IMG/VR virus record: IMGVR_UViG_3300031994_001875
Location: 8,147-72,146 of that record
Source of the DNA: a virus
Taxonomy: Duplodnaviria > Heunggongvirae > Uroviricota > Caudoviricetes
Strand: one strand, 5' to 3'
Length of the DNA stretch: 64,000 nt
Positions 40,968 through 53,663 of the stretch are shown in pieces. The position numbers were made by a program, and so were the translations under genes. The stretch's first letter is position 1, and each line of letters starts with the position of its first letter. A model generated the notes under the pieces. The model ran no database searches, was not told the DNA's origin, and saw only the letters and a list, made by a program, of their open reading frames with translations.

Positions 40968-42416
40968 CCGAGTTTTGTAAATTTTCTGCAACATAATCAA
41001 GGTAATCTGAGTAATTATCACCTGACCATTCGTCTAACCAATAATCATCACTGCGGATTTCAAAATCTCCCTGGTCATTTAACCTTTCCTGTTCTGGGCT
41101 AATTTCAAATAACGCAGATTTAATTTCTTCGTTTTCTTTTCTATCTTTGACGGCTCGTTTCCAACCGATTGCTTTGGTGTTATGTTTCTTTCTTCCATTC
41201 TTGGATTGACCTAACAGTTTCAACAAATGGCACCAGTCTTCATCGGTAAATCCATATTCTTTTGATAGTTTATCTTTGGCCTTTAACCATTCATCAAAAG
41301 AAATGCCTTTTGAGAGAGCATTTAATCGTTTATTAAACTCTCTTAACTTATGTTCGTATCTGTCTTTATTACTATTTTTCATTTGGAAACTTATGTGGTA
41401 AATATGTTTTTAGAACTTGAATAAATTTATTCAAATCTGTTTCTTCGTGTTCAATACCATCTTCTCTTGTCAGTCTATAAAATGTTTCATAAACTTCAAC
41501 TACAACCCAGATATTATTTTTTCGTTTTTCTTCCCATTCCCACTGAAAAGAACCATCTGGGCAAGGGCTCAAATGGTAATTTGTTGGAATATATGGTATG
41601 AGTGCTTCAGTTCTTTGAAACATTAACTCATTTATTGCTGGTGTGTCCGGGTCCCACCACCCAGGCACCATACAAAATGTTCGGCATTGTTCTAATCGTT
41701 CTTTAAAATTCACATGAAACACCAGGTGATAGCATCCAATCGTTCAACTGCTTCTTGAACACTAAATCCCTTTCTGTAAAATTCTTCTAAATTCTCAAGT
41801 AGATTTTCTTCCTTGATATATGCGAACACATCATCGTATTTCCAATGTGCGAACTGTTCACATTTATTCAATTCAAAAATTACCTGAGAAATATAATCAT
41901 CCATTATTCTTCACCGTATGTAAATATGTATTCGCCTTTCAAATTGGTGGCTACATCAAGAAACTTCAAGCCAACCATTCTAACTGGCATGCGTTGGTTT
42001 TCTTTACATGCGACCTTAGCATAATGCTTCCATTTCACCCCTGAAACATAGTCATTATCAACCCACTGAACTGTTTCACAACCCAATCGGCGTGCCGAAA
42101 CCAGGAAGTCAAGTTTAACATCAGCAAATGCGACCATCGCAAAAGTCAGTACGATTAATAGTGTTTTCTTCATTCTTTCTCCTTTAGTTATAACAATCTT
42201 TGTGTCTAACTTCCCCACAATGAGTACATTGCTGAATATAACGATAGCCAACACAAGCAGTATCGTCAGTTCCATCTTCTGTAACTCTTATTTCTTTTAC
42301 AGTTTTCCATTCGTGTTTACATTCTCTACCCAATCTGGCGAGTTTGATAATTGTAGCACATATAATAGCAACCAAACTAATTATGCCTACAATAATCCAA
42401 AATATAGTTGCAGTTG

Positions 42417-42797
42417 TCATAGTTTTCTTCTCCATATCATTCGGGTTTCTTCTTGTTCTTCAAACCCAAGTTTTTCATAAAAGATTTTAGCATCCACAAG
42501 TGAACACAGCGTAATTAAATTAGCATATTCTTTGAATTTTGTCAACATTCTTCTGCCGATATTTGTATTTCTGTATTCAGGATGAACTTCAAATGAGTAA
42601 ATGGTAATTTCTTTATCACCAGTTTCTTTATAGATAATGACTGCCAATGGATGCCACACTTCTTGTGAAACGAGCATACGAACCTTACAACCTGTGTAAT
42701 CGTTCTTACTGCACATATCATAAGTTAGTGCGAAATCTTCTTTCTTAATTTGTTTTAAAAGAAAATGTGAGTAATCATTATCTAACACCATTCTCAT
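42417..42797 (-). CDS. GNAT family N-acetyltransferase
   Basis: FEVHPEYRNTNIGRRML (motif A, R/Q-x-x-G-x-G/A-like). Confidence 0.55.
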   Translation of the reverse strand: MRMVLDNDYSHFLLKQIKKEDFALTYDMCSKNDYTGCKVRMLVSQEVWHPLAVIIYKETGDKEITIYSFEVHPEYRNTNIGRRMLTKFKEYANLITLCSLVDAKIFYEKLGFEEQEETRMIWRRKL

Positions 42798-43124
42798 AAT
42801 TTTTTGTTATTTCCTCCAACATTATTGATATTTGACTTCGTGGATAAAATTGTAAAATATAAAACTGAGATTTTAAAATTCTTCTCAGCATTGGTATATC
42901 CATATTCTCAAATCGTATTTTATATTTAATGTAAGGTTTTAAATTACCCCAACCACTAAAATGATTTTTACGATATTTCGGATAACCAATCACCGCAAGT
43001 TCGCCATTCATTTTCAATAGTTTTGCTTTTGTTTCTAGTAGAAAATTATGTGCTACTCCAACTGGCATTCGGCTACAATAGCCTATACTTACCATTTCGT
43101 TTATTATGTCATCTACAGTAACCA

Positions 43125-43655
43125 TTATGGCAAATCCTTTGGATTTACTAACTGAACATCTATTGAGCTGGCGTTTTTCATATTCATAAAGTTTCGTGTT
43201 TCAAATTCACCTTCTTTATTCAAATCGTCAATAAGGATAAAATGTTCAGCGACCAATGGTTTTGTATCAAATTCAGCCAAATCTTTACATTGCTGAATGA
43301 AACATGTTGGCTTTTCCATTCCAAATCGTGTCATAGCACCAGGAAGATGTAAATCTTCTAGTTCCAATTCGTCAGTAGTATTTACCCATTTATGATTAAA
43401 CGCACATTGAATGGAATCGTCCTTAGTCCATACAACACCACGCTGCTCTGCTGGGATTTCAAGGGCATTGAAAATCCAATCCACAATGTACTTTCTAATT
43501 TCTTTATGTTCTTTCCAACCCCAGGTAAAGATATTCACCTTATCAGGATTAGCAGAATGAACGAAATTTTTAATTCGTTCACATTGGTCAGCCATTAGAT
43601 TACAAGTTGTTAAATCGTCAATAACTGTATTTTCAATGTCAATAAAGATTTGCAT
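43125..43655 (-). CDS. hypothetical protein (possible DEDD-type exonuclease)
   Basis: N-terminal IFIDIENT (DxE); weak evidence. Confidence 0.25.
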   Translation of the reverse strand: MQIFIDIENTVIDDLTTCNLMADQCERIKNFVHSANPDKVNIFTWGWKEHKEIRKYIVDWIFNALEIPAEQRGVVWTKDDSIQCAFNHKWVNTTDELELEDLHLPGAMTRFGMEKPTCFIQQCKDLAEFDTKPLVAEHFILIDDLNKEGEFETRNFMNMKNASSIDVQLVNPKDLP

Positions 43656-44279
43656 TTTATTCCTCGTTAACTGGTATTATATTACACGAAGTTTCTTTCT
43701 GTTTTCTTTCGTTTAATTTTCGGTTCAATTTGATAATGTCAAGGGCATCTTCTTTATTATAGTAAATAATGCTCATACCCCATAGTTCGTGCTTCTTATG
43801 GCTATGAACATCATAGTAAAAATCGCTATTTACTCCGAGCCAAAACCACAACCACTTTTCTTCAATGAGATACATTGTGCTGTCATATTCAGCACAATAA
43901 AATTCTTTCAATCTGTACTGCTTTGGTTTCTTTTTGAATAATTCCATAGTTATATCTCAATCAGTCTCCATATTTTCTTTGAGTTTCTTTTCGTTCTTGA
44001 TAAATTCATTCAACAGTTTAGTTCCACATCTACAACAGAGTGTAAATAGTCGGTTCAATGAATATCCATCAGTCAATTTAACAGATGTGTTAGAAGGGTC
44101 TAACAATGTAATATCTTTTCCGCATTTACAACACTTCATTTTCTTTCTCCTGTTGTTCGTTCTTTTCTGCTGGCTTTATAAATTCTTCCTGGTTTTCACC
44201 AACAAGAAATGCCATTCCCAACTTGAAAAAATCAACTTCATCGTTCATAGTTTGTCTCCTTATGTTGTAATCTAATTAT

Positions 44280-44308
44280 AATATACAAAAAACCACTGAT
44301 TTTGTCAA
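44280..44308 (-). promoter_or_regulatory. sigma70-like promoter in a palindrome
   Basis: Minus TTGACA-AAATCAGTGGTTTTTTG-TATATT, then the SD AAGGAGA before the gene at 43934-region. The stem is AAACCAtTGAca/TCAGTGGTTT. Confidence 0.55.
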
Positions 44309-46500
44309 TGGTTTACAGTTTAATTTTTGTAAAATTTTATTTACACTTACTTAAAATCTTGTTCAATATCGGTCAGTTTCATTTTTTCTTTAACATTTCT
44401 TAACCAATAAGCATGTTTTTCTTCAAACGAAATATCTTTGTTAGTCATAAATTTTGCTTCTTCCAATGTATCGTAAGAAATTGGTATCATAAACTGATAA
44501 CCAATTTCTCGCCAGTAATAGTGCCACCAAATAAACCACCATTGAGGGCACCAGCGCTCACCAACATCTAAATTTGGTGTGGTAACTCTTTTCTTGGCAA
44601 TTCTGTGTGTATGTTTGTAAATAAATTCTAACAATTTATTCATCATAATGAACTTCTTCACCATTAACTGTTATCTTGTTCAAATCCAATACTTTAGAAG
44701 CATTCGTTGGTTTATGGTTCATTGGGTGAATTACACAAAATGCTCCAACACCATAAACAATTTCTACTTCGGAAAACTTACCATTGTATTCTAATTGGAA
44801 ATGATAGTTTTCCCAGTCATCTTTATCACTATAAACAAATGGTCTAAAATTCTTTACCCAAATGTTTTGATAAAAGAATTCCATACAGTGCCAGATATCT
44901 TCTTTATCTTCACCTTTGTAATTGTATTGTAAATCTTCTTCTTCAAATGTTTTCTGTTGTTCAACAATTTCTTTTAGTTTGTTAAACATGTCAGGATGTT
45001 CTACTTGTGTAATAATCATAAATCCCAATTATTCATAATTTCAACTTGATATTTCTTGGCTTCGTTAATAATACCATTAGCAGTGTTCTGGTCAATGATT
45101 TGGGCAATATCAGTTTCATTTATATCATACTGTGAATCTTCAAAACATTGGATTTTTACTTCACTAAATCCATTAGATGTCAAATGCCCAACCAAAGAAG
45201 TTTCAGGGTCATACTGAATATGGATTACTTTGGCATGGCATCTAAAAAATCCTTGACCCTTAAAATCAATATCCAGTACATGAATAATGGATATATCGTC
45301 AAGATTATCTCTGTTAAATTTGACTGACATAGCCATCAGTTTTCGGCCATATTTAATTAGATACTTACCCTTATATTTGGCTTCCAATTCTGTTTTGTTA
45401 GCCATAGCCTTTTCGTCTTTTAGTTGCTGCCTGCGAGCATCAGCCCAAAGACTGATTTCTTTCAATTCGGTTTCGTCAGTAAGATTGTTAATCTTTTCTT
45501 TTAATTCTTCATTCATATTTTGTTTCTTCAATAGGTTCGTAACATGTAAAAATCTTTGGGTTCTTTGTACATTCGTAGCAATATGGCATTACATAGCCCT
45601 TAGAAGCATAAGTTGCTTTCTTACCACAAATAGAACATACATGCCAACTTTCAGTTTCTAGTCTAAATAACAATTCATCAATCTGTCGGCGGCAATCACC
45701 ATTACCAACACCACTGTAATACAAACGAGCGGTTCCCCATTTCTCTTTTGCGTCAGTGATATAGAAATTGTGAAGTTCGCCATATCTTTTAAGGATTTTG
45801 TTCAATCGTTTACAATAACCAATGATTAACTTTCGCCAACCATCAGGATAACAATCCAAATCTGTAAACTTGTAATCGTAATCTGGAATTATTGTTCCAT
45901 CATATTTTCTTGGTCTCAGGTATGGAAATCTCCATACAAGATAACGATTTTTTAAATTGAACATTATTTGAAATCCCTCCTAACTTGATGTTCCAATTCT
46001 ATTTCTTTTGCTTTTTTAGCTTCTTCGTACAAATTATTTAACAACACTAAAATTTCGTCATCAGTTTTAAATTTTTTTCTATTTAATGCGTTAAATGTTG
46101 TAGTTGGTTTTATCTTACTCCATTCAAAGCAAAATGTTCTTGGTTCGCCATTTATATAACGAATTACATCAGGATAATAAATGGTTTCTTCCCAATAATC
46201 CACTCTAAATACACCCCATTCTTCTAAACTTACATTAAAACAATGTTCGTTACAATCCATTTTAAATGGGGACTGAATATGCTCACCAAAGAACTTAATA
46301 GATTCTTCAATTTTCTTTTGGTTCATATTCTTTTGCCATTTCTTTAAAGTCAGGAGTTGTAACGAGTTGTGATAACTGAGCAACCAAATTATTCAAATTG
46401 TTTAAAACCATTTGTGTTGCTAGTTTTTCTTCAGGATTATCTGTGTTATTGAATAACACTTCCAATCTCTTAATTTCATATCCAAGTTCTTCTAAACAAA

Positions 46501-46968
46501 TCATAGTCTTTCCTTTAGTTTATTGTAAACAAAATCGTTTCTTCCATTTATACCAAAAAAGCAACTCATTTTACAGTTAAAAAATTCTCTTAACGCACAA
46601 CCAACACCAATACTTCTGCTTTTGCCAGCCATACAATGAATATAAAAATCTTTTTTATCAGCATTCTTTTTGGCAAATTCTACAATCATATCGGCATCTT
46701 TATCGGTCATTCCATAGGACATGCCAAATCGGGTTTCTCGCTCATCTTCAGTAATATCGTCAAAATCTATGTTCAAAACATTTGGGTGGTTTTCTTTAAA
46801 CCAATGTTCGTCAATAATATGTTTATAATCTTCCAAGTAGTTCTTTTTAATGTTTGGCAAACAACAGATAGAAATGAATGCTTTATCAGTTGGAACGTTG
46901 TTATCATTCCAACCTTCTTTCTTCATTAGTTTATCAAACTTTAATTTTGGAAGCACATGAATATACAT
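46501..46968 (-). CDS. protein tyrosine / dual-specificity phosphatase
   Basis: IHCMAGKSRSIGV is the CX5R(S) P-loop. Confidence 0.7.
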   Translation of the reverse strand: MYIHVLPKLKFDKLMKKEGWNDNNVPTDKAFISICCLPNIKKNYLEDYKHIIDEHWFKENHPNVLNIDFDDITEDERETRFGMSYGMTDKDADMIVEFAKKNADKKDFYIHCMAGKSRSIGVGCALREFFNCKMSCFFGINGRNDFVYNKLKERL

Positions 46969-47124
46969 TTAATACCCATAAAACATATAGTCGCCACATA
47001 CCACAGCACTATCACCTTCGCCAGCACTTACACAATCTGGCACAGTAGCTGAGTTATCGCTACAACCAATCAAGAAAAATATACTGCCCAGTATGAGCCA
47101 TTTACTGACGATTCCTGCCATATC
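46969..47124 (-). CDS. small lipoprotein (probable start MAGIVSKW)
   Basis: LILGSIFFLIGCSDN lipobox. Confidence 0.45.
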   Translation of the reverse strand, partial: DMAGIVSKWLILGSIFFLIGCSDNSATVPDCVSAGEGDSAVVCGDYMFYGY

Positions 47125-49217
47125 ATTCTCTCTTTTTCTTAATGCTATTATTGCCCTTATAAACTGTGGTAATAATTTTGGTTCCTTCTTTAATCGTAAC
47201 AACCAATGGTAAATGATTCTTTACATGCTTGGTTTGTGATGGATTTAAACTTTCCCAATGAGTTTTAGGAATATCAATTTCATCTAATACGATTTGATTA
47301 CCAACCAAAACACCATATTTCATACAAAGATTAATATCCTTATACAAAATTCGTCTTTCTTTCATTCGGGTTCTACAATGGTCAGTCATTACATAATGAT
47401 GATAATTTCTATCAAACTCCGGTTTCTTTACAAACAAATTCTTAAAAAAGTCAAGTATTTTCATAATTTTCCTTCCATCGGAGATATTCCTTTTCACATT
47501 CTTTTGAGAGTTTCATTACTTCATTATAATCATCATGGAGTTTACCTGACCCATTCATATTAGAACTGAGTAATTTCAAATAACTATAACAAGAATTTAA
47601 TCGGCTTTTGTAATATCGTTTTTGGAATGTAAATTCATCTTCATCGTAGTTTCGTTTTAGTTCATAATTCTTAATACGATTTACAAAATTAATTGTTTCC
47701 ACCCTCATCAAATAGTTCCTTTGCATTCATAAAGTTCATAAACACCATTTTTGCTAGAACTTCGTTATCATAACCCAAATCAAGTAGTTGTTCTAAATTC
47801 GCTTTATAATAACAAATTTCGTCATAGCCTTCTTTCCATACAGAAACTTCTTTCGCATTAACATCGTATGCTAAATACGCATCGTTGTCCCTATATTGAT
47901 TCGCATATACCTTTATTGCTTCCCATAAATCGTTCATTGGTTTCTCTCACAAATTTTAATTGATAAACATCAGGAAATTTTGGATTTTGCCCCAATCTTT
48001 CCAATCTATAATTTTTGTTTTTGGCATAACGAACAATCACATTCATCATATCCACACATAAGTTAGGGTTTTGTGAAAGTGTTTTGTCTTTATATGTAAC
48101 ATCAATTATAGCATACGATTCAGGGATAATTTCTCGCTCAAACAATGCTCTATCTTCATCACTATCTTGGTCTTTTCCAATAGCAAGAACATCAGTATTC
48201 ATTTGAACATTCAATCTATCATTACTAACAAATTTAATTTCAAGCACCAGCATTAAGAACCTCAATTACTACATAACCATATTTTCCACACATTTCATTA
48301 GCGAATATGGTTGCGATTTCTTTAGATTCCCAAGTGCGTACATTCTTACCAAATTCACCCGCGAAACCACCACCCACTAATGGATATGCGGGTCCATTTG
48401 GAAATTGAAAAACAACTGTGTATTTCATAATCTTTTTAATACCTCAATCGCACCAAATAAACAGACTGAATAAACAATGAAGTTTAACCAGTCCAAATTC
48501 AGTTCAAATAAAAAATTGAATATAGTTAAACTCAAGGCACAAGTGAGATAATCACTTATAAATCTTGATACTTTATCTATATTCATATTAAACCACCATC
48601 AATCTTTCAATGTATGCATCCAGTTCTGCTTTGGTCATGTTTGGCATTTGCTTCAAAAGGTCTTTGATATGTGAACGAAGGAAATCCTTCATTTCTTCAG
48701 CAACCTTTTCTTCCTTGCCGAGCATCATTTCCAAATCATCTTGATTCATCATAGTATTTCTCCTTATTTATGTTTGTTTACCACCATAGGTCAAAAAAGT
48801 TTTCTTGGAATAATTTAATGGCTCTTTTTACTTTTGCCATATTTCCATTTTCTTCGTTAGCATCCGCAGTTTCCCATTCAAATTTATGTGAATGGAGTTC
48901 AAATCCTTCAATCATTTCATCAAGAATTTTATTCCATTCTTCTATTGAATTATAACGAGCTGGATAACCATCGTTTAGTTCTTTGAATACTTTCAATCTT
49001 GGAATCATGAATTTACAAAAAGTAATATCCAAATTCCACAATTCAGTATCATCAAACCCACGGGTCATTCGTTGTTCTTTATACTTCTTCTGTCTTTCTT
49101 TATCTGAGACTTCGTTAGCACAAGAAAAACAAATGTTTTTATTTTGTATTACATCTTCCATACATTATAATATAGTAATTTTTTAGTTTGGAAACAACAT
49201 ACTTAGATACAAAATGT

Positions 49218-50003
49218 TTACTTTTGATCTGTGTAATTTTCACAAGGATATGGGCAAGCAGCACAACCAAAAGTGGTTTTAATTCCATTACAGAAGAATT
49301 TATCTAAAACTGAGTGACTCATATCACGAATCATAATCATAGCATAATCTTTCTTTGTTCCATGTGGCGCAGTTTCAAATGTAAGATATGAACTCAAAGC
49401 CTTATTCGTAGCATTGAATAAATCTTCTTCAGTTCCATTATTAGAAATTGGAATGACCTTATTTTGAACTGTTTCAAATACTGGAATGTCTTTGGACTGA
49501 ATGGAATCTCGCAATTCAATCTGCTCTACACTCATGCCTCGTTTGATTAGTCTTTCCCTACGCAAATCTTCATTACAAAAGACCCAAAAAACATGTCTAA
49601 GGCTTTCATAAAACAAACTGACGAAACGCATAAATCTATCTTTATTAAAAGCAGGTACTTCCAAAAATAAAGGTGTACGACCGAAATTTTTATCGTTTAT
49701 CTTTTGTAAGAGTTTACGATAAAGCATGTTATCCAACTGAGTTTCAAACATGTCTCTGGTAGTTGCCAAATCAGGTTGGAAATATACTTCTCGGAGATAT
49801 TCTTTGTCAAGTTGACCCATATCATCAAGTACTTTTTTACTAAAAGCACGAACCAGTTCAATTTTACATTCTGCGTTTTCTTCCATAAAAGACTTAGCGA
49901 AATCATCCATCTTAATGACTTCGTGATTTTTATATCTGATGTAGTCGGCAACAGTAGATTTGCCACTACCCATTAGTCCTGATATGAAATAAACATCTCT
50001 CAT
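49218..50003 (-). CDS. P-loop nucleoside/nucleotide kinase-like protein (CoaE/dNK-like)
   Basis: YFISGLMGSGKSTVADYI is a Walker A motif. Confidence 0.45.
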   Translation of the reverse strand: MRDVYFISGLMGSGKSTVADYIRYKNHEVIKMDDFAKSFMEENAECKIELVRAFSKKVLDDMGQLDKEYLREVYFQPDLATTRDMFETQLDNMLYRKLLQKINDKNFGRTPLFLEVPAFNKDRFMRFVSLFYESLRHVFWVFCNEDLRRERLIKRGMSVEQIELRDSIQSKDIPVFETVQNKVIPISNNGTEEDLFNATNKALSSYLTFETAPHGTKKDYAMIMIRDMSHSVLDKFFCNGIKTTFGCAACPYPCENYTDQK

Positions 50004-50249
50004 TTTATACCTTCACTGGATGAGTTTTATCTTCTTCAATAGTTACCTTATCTGTAAAGACTCCATAGTTTTCGTGAATGAAAACAATTAGTTCTCTCTT
50101 CACTGTTTCAGTTTCTTTACCATATCGTTTAAATCTAAGTGTTTCACCATTAACGATAGCAACCAAATTATATCTGGTCAAATCGGTTTCTTTTGAATTT
50201 TTATATTCACCCATAATTTCTTCTATCTTCCGTTTTAATTCTTTATCTA

Positions 50250-50654
50250 TCATTTCTTATTCTTTTTCAATTCGTCTTTATGTTTGTATTCGTTAATAAT
50301 AATCGGCAAACATAGCAAACAAATTAAGGTTAAAATTGGCAAATAAATTACCCAAGCAAAACTGAAGAAAGTCATGGCGAAGAAATACCCAACTGCCAAA
50401 CTTCCCTTGGGTGATGCCAACCAAATAACGAAAAGAATTAGTGCTAGAACAAAGGTAGCAATTACCCAAAAGCCAAGTGGTGTAAAAACACCAGCCAATA
50501 CAGTAGCAATAATGCCTAATATGAGATGTAAAACACCAATTACGGCAGCACCATCGCCGTCTTTATCATCTTCGTGGTCTTTAATTAGTGCCCAGATACC
50601 ATCAATCATGTCCTTCATCGTCTTTATCCTCCAATGTTTCTGCTGGTAAACCAC
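50250..50654 (-). CDS. multi-pass membrane protein
   Basis: 3-4 predicted transmembrane helices (LILGIIATVLAGVFTPLGFWVIATFVLALILFVIWLA...). Confidence 0.45.
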   Translation of the reverse strand: MVYQQKHWRIKTMKDMIDGIWALIKDHEDDKDGDGAAVIGVLHLILGIIATVLAGVFTPLGFWVIATFVLALILFVIWLASPKGSLAVGYFFAMTFFSFAWVIYLPILTLICLLCLPIIINEYKHKDELKKNKK

Positions 50655-53018
50655 GAATAGCCCTGATAATGTTTGCTATTCCCATTGACCCGAAGATTAT
50701 GAACAAAAGAGTCCAACCTGGGTTGTTTGTAATAAAGTTCATTACAAGTTCCATATTAGTTTTCTCCATATTTTTGTTTTAGTTTTTCGTATAGATTTCG
50801 TTCATCAATTTCTTTCTGTATTTTGGCTTGTTCTTCGGCTTCTTTCTGTTTGCGTTCCATTTCTTCTTTGTCTTTACGCATTTGTTCTTCCCTGCGTTTT
50901 TCTTCGTCAATTAGGAACTGCTCAAAATCTTTCTTTGCCTTGTCTTTATTACCTTCAAAATAATCGTCAAGAATGGTATTGGGTACATTGTATGTGATGT
51001 AATCTTCATCACCATAAATCCAATAACTCAAACGAAGCTCACTCGTTTCACCTGGAGCATTGTAAACAAGTCTATCAAAATAGAACTGTCTAGTTGTTTT
51101 AACACCCTTAAACAGAAATGTCACCATATTATACAGTTCATCTTCCATTTCATCTACACATTTTAGTGATTCACGATATTTTAAAAGTTTTTCATTCATT
51201 CGTAATACCTGTTGTAAAGTTTTTCGTTTAGTACAATGTCTAGTTCTTTTTGAATGTTTGGTGAGTTCCCGTGTAATGGTGAACCATAACCAACTGTTCC
51301 ACCCATCGGGCTCCAAAACACAATATCGTATTTTGAAGTCAAACTCATAACATCAGCTTTTGGCATTTCATATTCAGCACTATCTACCAAACACAAATCA
51401 AGAAAATGTTTGTTCTCGCCAACACCTGAAAGACCTTCAACAAATACTGTCTTAAAAATTGGATTAGCAAACCAAAACTTCAATACTGGAACATGCTGGT
51501 CAATAGCAAATCCATTTGCCTTACGCCAGTTTTGGATTAACGCACGAAGTTCCGCACCAATCATTTCAGGAATTAAAGATTCAATGCTCTTATGGAGAAC
51601 ATCTTTATTCTTATACAAAAGAGTTGTTTTTGTAAAAGGTTTACCCTTAATTTCTTTTTCAACAGTTAATTCAATTTTCTGCGTCATTTTCTTCCTTCTT
51701 TTCGGGTTCTTTTTGAACTACTCTAATCTGTAATGGATAATCTTCTTTAATATATTTCACAGTGGTTGTAATAAACAGATACAGTGAAATCATAAAAGCT
51801 GCACCAAACAAAATAGCATAATCAGGGTTGCCATCTTGATAAAAGCCAATAGAGTGAACAATAGTCCAGGCACAAACTAATGACCAAAGTACAATTCCTA
51901 ATCTCATAGTTTACCTGTATTGGAAAGTGTAGTTGCCTACATCATAAGAGGCATTATGTCTATTCACAGTTCTTTCTTTGAAACCCATTGAGAAAAGTTT
52001 TTCTTTTGTGAGCTGTGAGAACAACATAATGTCACGGTTAGTTGGAGTTTCAATGGTGATTAGTTCGTTCTTTGTATCATAAGTAATCTTACTGCCATCA
52101 TTGAACAAACATTCATTTAAATTCCAGGACTTGATATTATCTAGAATGCCTTCTAGCATCTTAAATCGCCATAACATAAATTGGTCTGTTGTCATAATTC
52201 CTTCTATTTATATGGGAAAATAACCCACATTTCTGTGGGTCATTTGTTTAACATTACTGCGGGTCTGGAACATACAGGATAGTCGGATTATCCTTATGGA
52301 TGTCCATTTGCTTCAGGTCAAGATTCTTTTCCTTCGTGAACTTTTCCCAACGAACACCAAACATTTGTTTGTTAAATGGACTAACCACAAAATGCTTACC
52401 GCTCTTGGTAGGAACAACGAAAAATTCGTTCTTAACCCTGTATCTTGCTTCTTCTTTGCTAATGCCTAAATCCATATAAGCCTGGATTTTCTTGTCATAC
52501 GGCTGGCAATCAAGAATCATTTCCATAACATCGTTTTCGTATGGGAGATATTCCTTGTCCATATCCACAATCCAGGTCTTGTCTTTACCAGCCTGGCAAA
52601 CAGTGCCACATGCGGAGGTAACAAGATGGAACGGTGACGAGAAGGATTCACCACTAGCACATTGTTCAGCAATATGTTTCATCATTTCCAGTGCGATATT
52701 CTTGTAATTTCTCTTATTCAGTCGGATATACGCACGAACATTGAACATATCGCAGAGCATCTTAATATCGTCTTTGACCTTTTCAAGATGGTCAATGTCT
52801 TTAATGAGATAATCCTTGATAGAACGAGAGTGCATGTTCCCGTGATACTTGGGGTCTTTTACACCATTCTTCTGTGGGTCATCCGCCTGGCGACGGAGCA
52901 ACTGAACATAGTAGCAATCGCCTTCTTTCCAATCCAGCTGCTGCTTTGCCATATATTCTTTAATTAGTTCAAAATTATCAACCATTGTTTACCTCTTTTG
53001 TTGTTTGTTTCTAAAGAA

Positions 53019-53047
53019 AATATAGATATATTTCTTCAGTTTGTCAA
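53019..53047 (-). promoter_or_regulatory. sigma70-like promoter
   Basis: Minus TTGACA-AACTGAAGAAATATATC-TATATT, then the SD AAAGAGGT before the ATG of the gene at 52254..52985. Confidence 0.55.
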
Positions 53048-53634
53048 TGGAAAAATTGTAAAATTGTGTAAATTTTTATTAACATTCTTCAAAAATGGTG
53101 TGTTCCTTGTATTCAACACCATTCTTTTTAGCACAACGAATTTCGGCCTGCTTTCTGTATTCCGAAAGATTTTTGATAGCATCCATATACTTACGAATGC
53201 CGTACTTCTTCAGTAAATAGCCATGCTGACCCAGTGCTCGGTCATAGTAGGTCGTACCACCACCCCAACGAGGACAAGAAGTACGTTGCCATCCGTCGCG
53301 GGGCTGGATAAATCCATCGTGTAGGAACATAGCCCAGGTCTTTGAGAGATAACCATCCGCATAACCCAAATTAAATGCGTTGTTCATCATAGCTTCACGC
53401 TTGGATTTTACAATTCGTTCTTCCTTCGGAAGACGTTCCAATGTGTAGCCATTATTCTCATATTCTTCAGCGGCTTGGTCAGTTAAAGAACCAATCCCAA
53501 CGAGATAACGAGCGAGCTGGAACCAACGACGTTCCTCCACCTTATACACACATTTCTTGAGTTCACTATTCCAGCAGCGAGTTACATAAAATGGATTCAT
53601 ATTGTTACCTCTTGTTTTGTTGTTTACATATAGT

Positions 53635-53663
53635 AATATAGAAAAAAACATCTATTTCGTCAA
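53635..53663 (-). promoter_or_regulatory. sigma70-like promoter in a palindrome
   Basis: Minus TTGACG-AAATAGATGTTTTTTTC-TATATT. The stem is AAACATCTATT/AATAGATGTTT, and the SD AAGAGGT precedes MNPFYV (the gene at 53079..53600). Confidence 0.55.
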
